A stretch of DNA of 63,652 nucleotides, filler included, from Choristocarpus tenellus KU-1152 (lineage: Eukaryota; Protista; Phaeophyceae): assembly GCA_964200185.2 (NCBI GenBank). It is 11 parts of 11 records of this genome, joined end to end, with 100 filler letters (N's around TTAATTAATTAA, not from the genome) between each part and the next. Parts side by side here need not be neighbours in the genome. Positions count along the whole stretch, not along the records: positions 25,272 to 30,125 come from CAXNAD020012784.1; positions 30,226 to 33,285 come from CAXNAD020022609.1; positions 33,386 to 36,750 come from CAXNAD020020517.1; 8 more parts are not named here. One strand, given 5' to 3'. Below the pieces are notes generated by a model, which did no database searches, was not told the origin of the DNA, and saw nothing but the letters and a program-made list of their open reading frames with translations. How positions within the stretch are numbered: the first letter of the stretch is position 1; the number at the start of each line of letters is the position of its first letter. Both the position numbers and the translations under genes were made by a program. Shown here piece by piece: positions 25,272-35,833 of the stretch.

Positions 25272-28200
25272 TCCCCACCCCCACCCCCACCAACTCCAGC
25301 AGCAGCGGCGGCAGCTGCACGTCCCGCTGCTGCTGCCGCTGCTGCTGTAACTGCTGCTGCTGAGCTCTTGGCTGCCGCATAGGCTGTGGCACCAGCTGTG
25401 CCCCCTATCCCTCCAACCCCACCTCCTCCAGAACTATTTGAGCCTCCGCCGGACATGGTGGGAGGGGTCTTGGCTCGCAGTTCCGCCGGAGAAAACTTGG
25501 GAAGGCGTGTTTTTACGAAAAATAAGATAGGATTGGAGATTCTTACAGCGATGGCAGTATTGTTTGTGTGTAGTGTGTTTGTGTGTAGTGTGTGTATAGT
25601 GTTGGGGTGCAAGAGTGTCAGTGGGAGAGAGTGGGAGAGTACAGTAGGTGAGGGGTGTGTGCAATAAGACAGAAATATCAAGGGAGGCGTGTGCTAATGT
25701 GTATGGTAGGGTTAGGGTTAGTGCGTGGACACAATCAAGATCAAGAGGAAAAACACTTTCTCCTAAGGACAGGATAGGCATAGTGGTAGTGATAGTAGTG
25801 ATAGCAGTAGTGATGAGTCATGCCAAAAGGGTGCAGAGACTGGAAATAAAAATAAGAAATAAGATTGATTAATAGATTCATTGATTAATAGATCAATTGA
25901 TTAATAGATTCATTGATTAATATAATAGATCAATTGATGAACAGATTCATTGACTAACAGATCAATTGATTAATAGATTAATCTATCGCAACACGAATGA
26001 AAAAAACAGGCTTGTTCCAAGGGAGGAGGATACTCAAGCACGGAAAGGGGTTAGGGTATGGCAGTCAAGTTCAGAAGAAGGTATAGCTACGAGTGCATTA
26101 TTGTTCAGGGGTAAACAGATTCTTGAAACACAAAGCACTCCTACCCATCACCCCAGACCTGATGCACTGAACATAATAACACACCATCCACAATCCACCA
26201 TAAAATAATTCAAATCAACAAAAAACAACCACCCCCTTTCGACTTTCCCACCTAGACTCTACAGCAACAAGTGTCCTCTACATATATACTTCTGTCTCAT
26301 GACCCCATCACTAATGCGCTCATCAACCTCTCCTACATACTACGTACTAAATACTATATACTACATACTACATACTCACCTCCAACAATTTACTGCGGAG
26401 CTTGTTTGTTTCCCTCTCTGGCATGTGTGGACGCCTCCTGGGTGCCCCCCTGTGTGTGTGTTTGTCCCAGTAGTGTTACGATACAGTATCATACAGTGTG
26501 ATACATTACGATACTATGCCATACATTACGATACTATGTGCTATATTAAGATACGATGCCATACATTACGATACTATGTGATACATTACGATACTATGTG
26601 ATACATTACGATACTATGCCATACATTACGACACTATGTGATACATTACGATACTATGTGATACATTATGATACTATGTGATACATTAAGATACGATGCC
26701 ATACATTACGATACTATGTGATACATTACGATACTATGCCATACATTACGATACTATGTGATACATTAAGATACTATGCCATACATTACGATACTATGTG
26801 ACGCATTACGATACTATGCCATACATTACGGTACTATGTGATACATTACGATACTATGCCATACATTACGATACTATGTGATACATTAAGATACTATGCC
26901 ATACATTACGATACTATGTGATACATTACGATACTATGTGACGCATTATGATACTATGTGATACATTATGCTACTATGTGATACATTACGATACTATGTG
27001 ATACATGATATGCAGCATCATGTTATGATTTTGGGAATGTCCGGCCCACCGACTAGCCCGACCAATTAAAATTGCCACAGGCCGGCTACGTTTGAAGAAG
27101 TGTCAACCATGGACAAGGCAGTGTAAAAGCACTTCACCTATAGCCACCTGTGTAAAAATTTGTACTGGACATGGTCCAGACATGTCAGGAAATGTTGGAC
27201 CAGCCAGCGGACATGGACCAGTACAGTACTTACTACACACAGTGAGGATAAGTTAGACAACCTTACACCCAGAACTGGACTAGCAGACATGGACCAGTAC
27301 AGTACTTACTACACACAGTGAGGATAAGTTAGACAACCTTAGACCCAGAACTGGACTAGCAGACATGGACCAGTATATGTCAGATAATTGTGGGATTGGT
27401 CCAGCCATCATCAGACATGACCATTTTCATTTGCCAGCCTGGTGAATGGGTCTGAAGGTTGTATAGAGGTACTGTCCAATCCCATTATCATGTAGCCATG
27501 TCATGTTGTAGTATGTTGTACCATATTGTAGTATGTTGTAGTATGTGGTGTTCCCTCTGTCCATCGGTATAACTGTCCCTCAAAGGAGGAAGGATAAGTA
27601 ACAGGCGACCATCAAAACAGGCAATCACTGCAGACACAAACACCAGGGAAAATAACTAAAAAATCTACACCAAAAATAACCAAATATATGTATATATGTG
27701 TATGTTTATATGTTTATCCTCCATTAGTGTCCACCTCCGCATCAACTCATCAACACACATTACTGTCTCTTGTGATACAAACATGCAACAAGTGGCTCCT
27801 TCGATAACAACAATAAAACTCCTTCTTCAACGGAAAATAATAATAAATAAAACAAAGTAGATCGCATCGACCCCTCTGTATGATAAAAAAAATAAAAAGT
27901 AAAGTGACAAAAAAAAAAGGTTACAAAAAAAAACTGTACCAACTAAGACTTCAAAAAATACACATCAACATCATTTTTCATTTCTTCATCATACTACACG
28001 CAAATAGATTAGATTTAAAACACTCAACCAATCACCAACAAAATATAAATTAAATTGAAATTTAAAAAATTCAAAATGTTAAAAAAATAACAGAATAATA
28101 ATAATGCACGCACGCAACACACACACACAATTAAAAAAAAAAACTCTAAATAAAAATTATCAAACGTTCTCACACATCTTCATCCAATCCAAGATCCACC

Positions 28201-28304
28201 ACATCTCTGTCCAAGTCCACAAAGACCACTCCCTGCGGCCTCCTCTCTTCAGGAGTCTCTCTCAGATACCTCGAGTGGAGGCCTACCAAAAATGGCACAG
28301 GAGC
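25272..28304 (-). CDS. DENN-domain protein (Rab GEF family), internal exons
   Basis: Phase-consistent exons 28304-28174 (APVPFLVGLHSRYLRETPEERRPQGVVFVDLDRDVVDLGLDED, core DENN motif), 26449-26380 (GAPRRRPHMPERETNKLRSKLLE) and 25495-25272 (FSPAELRAK followed by a Gly/Ala tract running into the gap). Confidence 0.8.
25862..25985. repeat. About 18-bp AT-rich tandem repeat
   Basis: Units like GATTGATTAATAGAT(T/C)(C/A)A, about 6 copies, intronic. Confidence 0.8.
26476..27006. repeat. 20-bp minisatellite, about 26 units, intronic
   Basis: ATACATTACGATACTATG(TG/CC) units in exact 20-nt register. Confidence 0.95.
27210..27375. repeat. About 76-bp tandem duplication inside a dispersed repeat (about 27020-27480; inverted homologue about 38630-39140)
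   Basis: GACATGGACCAGTACAGTACTTACTACACACAGTGAGGATAAGTTAGACAACCTTA...CAGAACTGGACTAGCA occurs twice. Flanks match the reverse complement near 38755 (TGGACCAGTCCCACAATTAT) and 39070 (GGTCCAAACATTCTCTGACATGTCCGGACC). Confidence 0.75.
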
Positions 28305-29940
28305 CTATGCACCAAGACACCATCATCATCCAAAATTTTGGAGACAGCGAGGAGAGGGGTAGGGGGGGGGGGTGGGGGTGGGGGGGGATTTCAGGTCAAT
28401 CATTAGACATAAAGTGGCGGATACTTGATATTATTGGCTCACACCAATACCCTCCCCTCTCACCTCTGTAGTCATCCAAAGCAATATAAATATATGAATG
28501 TGTATCAACTGTAAATTTTCCTCCTTAGCTATTTGAAAAGATAAAACGTACCTTTTCTTGTCAGAATGGTCTTAACCTATATATTACCTATATAGTACCA
28601 ATATATTACCAATACATTACCTACCAATATATATATTAATTTATTACTAGACTGTGCATCACCTCAAATTTGTACAAAAAGAGTATGTCAATGACCACAT
28701 CAACTTGACAGCAACCCAGACCAGTCAGGATCGATCGATATGTTATTTTATTCATTGTCACTCTACTCCTACGTCTATAAAACGCACACACACACACACA
28801 GTACTCTAACCCACCCCCAAAACAACATTAACAACATTAACAACATTAAAAACATTACAAAAATTAACAACATTTTCTTCTCGATATCTAAGGGTTAGGG
28901 TTAGGGTTAGGCAATCTAATCCATTACTCAATAACACCAATAACACTACAACTACTGCTACCAATAGTAATTAGAAGAAAGCTGTAACATAATAAATTGA
29001 TGGAAAGGGACACAGAATGAACAGCAACATACAAACCAATAACAATAACACCGCCCATACACTGCATAGAGCCAACGAGATGATGCCTTCTTCTCATCAT
29101 GCAAAACCTCCCTAATATTCCCTCAGTACTCCATCATGGGACGTCGATTTTTTTAATTGTGATTTTTTTAGTTGAGATTTCTTGAATTATGATTTTTTTT
29201 AATTGTGCAAGCAATGATAAAAAAAAATAGGGGATCAAACATGTGTATAAACCCAAATGCTATGTATGTGGGGGGGGGGGGAGGGTGGTTGGGCTAAGAC
29301 CACACTTAAACATCATTTTTCGCCCTTCTCACAAAAAAAACAACGATGACATCAAAATCAAAACATGCAACCCACATGTCCAAATCAATCAATCAACAGG
29401 CTTAACAACAAGCATACACCCACAAACACAAGCATATCCCTTTGAAAGTGCAACACTCTGGAGTAGACCCCAACTGCCCTAAAGCCCTACTAAACAAAAC
29501 AACACATCCTTGTACACCGCCTTCGAAGCCTCACGACCAAAAAAACGCCTCCAAATCTTCAATACGGTTGTTCTTACCCATACTAAATACAGCAACGCCT
29601 CCAAAAAGGTACTTTCATACGTACCCTTTTCCATCACACTAACAAAAAGCAACCAACACTCCCAAAAAAACTTCCTCAGTATATTATTATTTATTACACA
29701 ATGGTAAAAAACAACAAACAACACTTCACACTCGAATTGCACCCAAGTAAAGTAGAAGTAGCTTGCTCACCCCAAAAATAATTAGAAATCACCACAAAGA
29801 ACACACACACCAGAAAAAGAATAATCAAAGGAGACCTCCATAAATATATATATATATATATATACTTTTTTATTTATAGATTTTTTTTTTAACAACCGAG
29901 AAAAAAAAAAGGCTCCTATCAACAGAGGGTTTCAGTTGTT

Positions 29941-30046
29941 CAGGCTAGGGCTAGAACTAGGACCAGGACCAGGATCAGGACCAAGATCAAGATCAGGGTT
30001 AGGACCGGGACTAAGATTAGGACTATAGGGTTAGGGTTAGGGTTAG
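29941..30046 (+). repeat. Interstitial telomere-like hexamer array, degenerate and grading into TTAGGG; short TTAGGG runs also at 28891-28911, 34845-34872, 43885-43909
   Basis: Direct reading of (TTAGGG)n and variants. Confidence 0.8.
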
Positions 30047-30059
30047 GAAAACAAAAACT

Positions 30060-30095
<36 letters not shown>

Positions 30096-30225
30096 AAAAA
30101 ACACACACACCCCAACCACACACCCNNNNNNNNNNNNNNNNNNNNNNNNNNNNNNNNNNNNNNNNNNNNTTAATTAATTAANNNNNNNNNNNNNNNNNNN
30201 NNNNNNNNNNNNNNNNNNNNNNNNN

Positions 30226-30418
30226 GTTCTTTTATGACATTTTTTCTACTCCAAAATGTTTAGGAGTAGGTAAAGTGTGTATGTTATGAAAAGGTGTGTC
30301 CAAAACATAGATATTGACACTTCCTAACAAATACGATGACCAAAATTACATCAAAATCGCAACGTTGGATTTTGGCCCCCAAATGGACGCGGCTCTACCC
30401 TCTAAGATACTTTGGCTC
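30226..30418. mobile_element. MITE family A, truncated by contig start (another end fragment at 60782-60827)
   Basis: Homologous to 9633-9890 and ends CTCTAAGATACTTTGGCTC. Confidence 0.85.
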
Positions 30419-31893
30419 GAATATTTGCCACCATTTATTTGGGTTTGGTTAGGAGGTTCGACGCTTGCTTGTGTTAGATTTCGAGTCTGTTCAAACTGGA
30501 TTATTGGTTTAATGATGTTTGGTCGTGCAGTTACGATGAAGAATAAGAGTTACGGGTTAGGTTGTTCCAGGGCTGATTATTGGGTTTTTTGGTTGCATGA
30601 GTGGGATTTGGTTAGCACATAAAGAGGGCTGTCGGTTAGGTGTGTTTTTCCACTGTTATAATGAGTAATTGAAAGAAAGACAATGGACTGTTGCGAGGTT
30701 GGTTTTTTCGTTTATTTGCTTGCGCATGAGTCGTGTCTGGTATGTACACAAAGAAGGACTGTCAGTTAGGGCCTGTTCTCCCGGTGTGTGCACGAGGAAC
30801 CAAAACATATATCATGTACTGTTTTAAATATATTACTTCGTTTATTTGCGTGCATGTGTCGGATTTTGTACGTAAACAAACGTGGTTGTCGCTGAGGGTG
30901 TGTTAGGGTTGAAGTTGTTGGTATAAAGGGAGGGAAAAGGGTCAGGTTTTTTTTTCGGGTTAATGTACCGTATCTTTCATGTAATGTGTGGACGGATTGT
31001 GGAGGTGTACGTGAATGGTTATTGGTCAAGGTCTATTGCCGTACGTTTCTCTGAAAGTATTTCAAGATACAATTCCAGAGGTCCTGGGTTGGTGCTGTGC
31101 TTAGGAGCATCGTGCGTGGACTTCGGTGTATGATCCTCCAAGATTCGAAGGAGGACGAGATCGGTTCTAGTGTGTTGACACTTGGACAAAGCATGAGATG
31201 GTGTATAGAGTATTCAAAAGCAGAGGGAAGGTGCGTTATAGTGTTCAAGGAATAATTAGCAGCTTTGAAAAGGACAGGGTATCCATAGCAGGCCTTGGCG
31301 AATTGTTTGGAAGGGTTAGCTGAGAAGATGGAGAAGTGTTGTTTAATTGATGTTTTATATTTTAGTAGTCTAAGCCTTGTATTGGACACGCTCTTTTAAA
31401 CAAAAAATAACACAGGTCTAATCCTCAACATCAGCATGATATATGATACGCTGACGACTCTGACTGGTAGCAATGTATCCGATACCACTGTCTAAATGCA
31501 TAACTCATCGAATGGAAAGTGCATGAACATGGTAGTTGAACACCAAGGTAAGGTACACTGATGCATAAATCAGTGTACCTGTAACTCGATCCGTACCTCA
31601 ACAAAAAACTGAAACGACTGAACCCCTATTCCAATTGGTGGGCGGACTCGAAATTGCATTCGTCACTCTTCTCCCACCACGCTGCAAGCTTAGGGTATGC
31701 CTAGACAAGAAGGTGCCAGAGGTTTAGGCATGTACAGTGCCTGCCGTTCCAAGGTTCAGGCTTCACGAGGCTTGAGAAGATGGCCTTCTTCGCATGGAGA
31801 GCTTCCACATGCTCGGGACGCAACGTGTTGCCTGGCTTCCCTCCACGATCGCTGAGTTTAACCTGTGTGGGCTCGTGGACGTAGCATTCATCC

Positions 31894-32412
31894 GAGCCAA
31901 AGTATCTTAGAGGGTAGAGCCGAGTCCATTTGGGAGTCAAAATCCATTATTGTGATTTTGAGGTAATTTTGGCTAAAAGGTTTGTTAGGAAGTGTCAATA
32001 TCTATGTTTTGGACACACCTTTTCATAACGTATATATTTTACCTACTCCGAAATATTTTGGAGTAGGGAATGTCATTAAGAAACCCATGGGAAGCCAAGT
32101 CCTAAATGGACAAACAGGGCAAAACTCGTACCTCTAAGATACTTTCAGAGTCAAAGTATCTAAGAGGGTAGAGCCGCGTCCATTTGGGGGTCAAAATTCA
32201 ATGTTGAAATTTCGATGTAATTTTGGCTGTCGTGTTTGTAAGGAAGTGTCAATATCCTTTTCCGGACACACCTTTTCATAACGTTTACATTTTACCTACT
32301 CCGAAATTATTTTGGAGTAGGAAAATGTCATAAAAACCCCGAGGGAAGCCAAGCCCCAAATGGACAAACAGGGCAAAACTCGTACCCTCTAAGATACTTT
32401 CACTCTTCACTC
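31894..32412. mobile_element. Two nested MITE family A copies; inner copy 32148-32405 with TSD TTCA
   Basis: Outer TIR GATACTTTCA|CTC is split by a complete second copy flanked by TTCA at 32144-32147 and 32406-32409. Confidence 0.9.
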
Positions 32413-34135
32413 TCCCCGAAAACAACAGAAACGGCCCCTTTACCGACCTTGATGAGCCTGAACCCATGGTCGTATATGACTTGGGTGAGGATTTGAGTCT
32501 GCACTTGATACTGCGAAGAGCAGGTTTCGTTGCCAATCATAGGAGCTCGGTAATGCACGCCTCCATGAAGGCTTCGATGATCCCCACATCAGATGCATCA
32601 CTGGAGTCAGCCGCGTCCTGTGTGACGCAATCGTCAGCACCATACGATGACCTTTCGTCATCATCATCGTACCTCGAGGTAGATGAAGACGGATTTAACG
32701 CATATTTGCCCTTTTTGGCAGAAGCGAAGATGTCTGCGAAGAAGCCAAGTTCTAAAGCTCCGCCATCAGGACCTCGAGGCTGTTTGAAGGGTCTCATCCG
32801 TCCAGCACCTTCTTTCACCCTCTTCTTCCTAACTATTATCCTTTTCCCCTTTCCTTTACCCTTCTCGGAAGGCTTTTCCCTCGGTGTTGGGGTAGGATCG
32901 GCATGGACGTGGTTCTCACTTCGCCTCACAGTATGGTCGTAGGTGCTCCCTGGCACTTGGGACTCATCGCCGCCGCTGCCCACCGAATGGGTGTTTTGGG
33001 ACATTCCGGGGCAACTCCTGACAGGCGTGGACTCTGAGTCCGTGCCTAGCCACCCACCCACGTCCTCCTGTACAAGTTCCTCTGGACCTGACAAAGCGTC
33101 ACGATTGGGTTGGTCCCCATCACCTTTCAGAGTCTTCTATCAACCTCTTCTTCCCAATTATCGTCCTATTCCTCTTTCCGTTACCTTTCACAGAAGGCTT
33201 GTCCCTCGGTGTTGTGGTTGGATGGGCATGGGCGTGGTTCTCACTTCGCCCCACAGTATTGTCGTAGGTGCTCCCTGTGACCTTGNNNNNNNNNNNNNNN
33301 NNNNNNNNNNNNNNNNNNNNNNNNNNNNNTTAATTAATTAANNNNNNNNNNNNNNNNNNNNNNNNNNNNNNNNNNNNNNNNNNNNCCCCCCCAGATACTT
33401 TGAGCCATTTTATTTATTTCAAGGTACGATTATGACAGTTGCATTACTTTACGTCTCAAGTTGAAAAAAAAATCGTTGTGGTGGAGAAGGGACTCGAAGA
33501 ACATTCTGAGAATGTTCTCATGCTGCAGGCACGTCAATGTTTTAATCTTTTCTATTGTTGTGTGCTGTTCACAATCACAGGCCAATCAGCTAACAGCAAT
33601 GAGGTACATTTTTTTTAAAGAAGTCCTGGGAGAAACGCAGAACGATCTCCTTACATTTTTACAACTTGTAGCACTTAGAAGGAAAATATTTCTCCTTTTT
33701 TTGTATATTTAAAAAAAATTGAAGTGTGTATCAAAACCCCATCATCGTACATATATACATACTATGCTTATATATGTGTGTGTATGATGGCAAAAAGGGA
33801 CTGTTGAAGGGAACGCAGAACAGGTAGAAAAAAGATGCAAGAAAAGGGGGTTTGACCCCAATAGAAGGTATACCTTTTTTGGAAGGCAACTCTTTTTTTA
33901 ATCTTCCCTTTGTTCTGCCTTTTTTTTGCAGGGTCATTTTAAAAATAAGTAATTAAACCTGAAACTTAAAAAAATATATCCCTCCCCCCCCCCCCTCCCT
34001 CGTGCTGATTACCCTGTATCCTTATCATCTTGCCTTGTGTGTCAATGTCTGGTGGGGTTTTTTACTGTGTAACTGTGGACTCCAGGGTGTGCTACCTCTC
34101 TCTCTCTACCCTTCCTCTGTGCACACCTGACAACT

Positions 34136-34380
34136 ATACACACATACAAACATACTAAATACATACATAATACATAGACACATACAAACTAACATACAAA
34201 CATAATACATACACACATACAAACATACTAAATACATACATAATACATACACACATACAAACTAACATACATACACACATACAAACATACTAAATACATA
34301 CATAATACATAGACACATACAAACTAACATACATACACACATACAAACATACTAACAAACATACATAATACTTACATGCA
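34136..34380. repeat. Degenerate ACAT-type microsatellite with higher-order units, directly upstream of an exon
   Basis: Repeated ACACATACAAACATACTAAATACATACATAATACAT blocks. Confidence 0.85.
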
Positions 34381-34397
34381 CATATGGCATGTAACAG

Positions 34398-34469
34398 ACA
34401 AAGCTGGTGTACTATGCTGCTCACGATACCAATCTCCTCTACGTGGCGGAGCTGCTGGACCTTAAGTGG
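34398..34469 (+). CDS. Single internal exon of a histidine acid phosphatase (AppA/Agp phytase-like HD motif)
   Basis: CAG|TKLVYYAAHDTNLLYVAELLDLKW|GTGAGT, 72 nt, phase 0/0. Resembles the AppA-type LFIAGHDTNLANLGGALELNW segment. Confidence 0.7.
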
Positions 34470-35465
34470 GTGAGTCTTGTCTTCATTGTGGTTAGTGGGG
34501 CATTCGAAGAACGCCTGCCTTCAAGACCTTTTCCACTGCAGTGAGATATTGCAACTTCTTGAAGTATGTTTATACAAAAAAAAATCTCTACGGGATTGAA
34601 TGAAAGATTTTGACTCCCCCCATCTCATCTCAGCTCCGACTTAAAAACAATAAAAATCAAAAAAAAAACTACTGGTATCAGCAAAAAAAAATTTGTCTCC
34701 CCCCCCCCCCCCCCCCCTTTTTTTTTTGAAGTATTTGTAGGGAAAAAAAAATGGTCACTTATAAAAAAAAGTTCAATGTATGTTTTGTATGTGTATTTAG
34801 TAAATTGCTGGTTGCGTTTCTTTTTATTGCTTGTGCGTTTTGTTTAGGGTTAGGGTTAGGGTTAGGGTTAGGTTTGGGATGCTATAATCTTCTGTCAGTA
34901 GTAGTAAGTATTTAACGTGCCACATGTATCATACCTTCTGTTTATTTTTTTTGCCTGGGTCTCCTCGGTGATTATGTAAAAAACGTATCTTCCCTTAGTT
35001 ACGAGGTGAACTCTAGTAATAGTACTACTACTACTAATAATAATAGTTAGTAGTTAATAGTTAATATACCATGCTGGCAACCTTTTTTCGGAGGAGTTGT
35101 AGAGAGATAGAAGTTTCGGGCGTAAAGCACAGTCCAAATGAACCAGTTCAGGTACCTTTGTCTTACCTCTCCATCCAGTTTGCAGACGTTATTGAGTCTG
35201 TCCCTGGAATTATTCCAAGGACAGGTTTGATTTTTATTTTCCTGCTCACCCCCCCCAAGAACACACATACATACTCTCATACGAGCTATCTACCACCCAC
35301 CCCCACATAAAACACGACTGTTAGTGTAGCTTAGTGGTTAAAGACAGGAAGATGTCATGGGTAGGGAAAGACGTGCCCTCAAACAAGGTGATGCTCAACA
35401 GTTGGGGGGGGGGGTATCGAATCAATAGCATCGTCCCGATAAAATAAAAATCTTTTGAGTTTTAT

Positions 35466-35610
35466 ACTTGGTACTTGGGTACTTTTACTTGGTACTTGGG
35501 TACTTTTACTTGGTACTTGGGTACTTTTACTTGGTACTTGGGTACTTTCACTTGGTACTTGGATACTTTTACTTGGTACTTGGGTACTTTCACTTGGTAC
35601 TTTCACTTGG
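35466..35610. repeat. 21-bp minisatellite, about 6.5 units
   Basis: CTTGGTACTTGGGTACTTT(T/C)A units, which produce the spurious repetitive ORFs at 35379-35683. Confidence 0.9.
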
Positions 35611-35799
35611 CTCATCTTTTGGCCTCTTGAGGCTGTCGACGGCGTTGGTCGTTAAGGTTAGGGCTACAGTGACGGGGTATTGATTCCGTGCACTTCCAAA
35701 AGATATTATATATATATATATATATTTATTTATTTTTTCTGAATTTTCTCAAAAATAAGAGAAAGAAAAAGGGATCGATCTGCAGAGGTATTCACCTCG

Positions 35800-35833
<34 letters not shown>

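Noticed and set aside
26476-27006. Regular 20-bp array and the Tyr-rich ORF 26299-26601
   Set aside because: Simple intronic minisatellite. The ORF is a by-product.
30420-31400. Possible LINE 3' coding remnant (ORF 31033-31389)
   Set aside because: No diagnostic motif is visible by eye.
32537-33285. 185-aa acidic/basic ORF with an internal duplicated segment (about 32838-32960 vs 33150-33285)
   Set aside because: Low complexity, interrupted downstream by a stop and nested MITEs, no recognisable domain. Probably a TE or pseudogene fragment.
35379-35683. Repetitive ORFs (STQVPSK / LLLGTWV / YLVLGYF)
   Set aside because: Translations of a stop-free 21-bp tandem repeat, with no splice or homology support.
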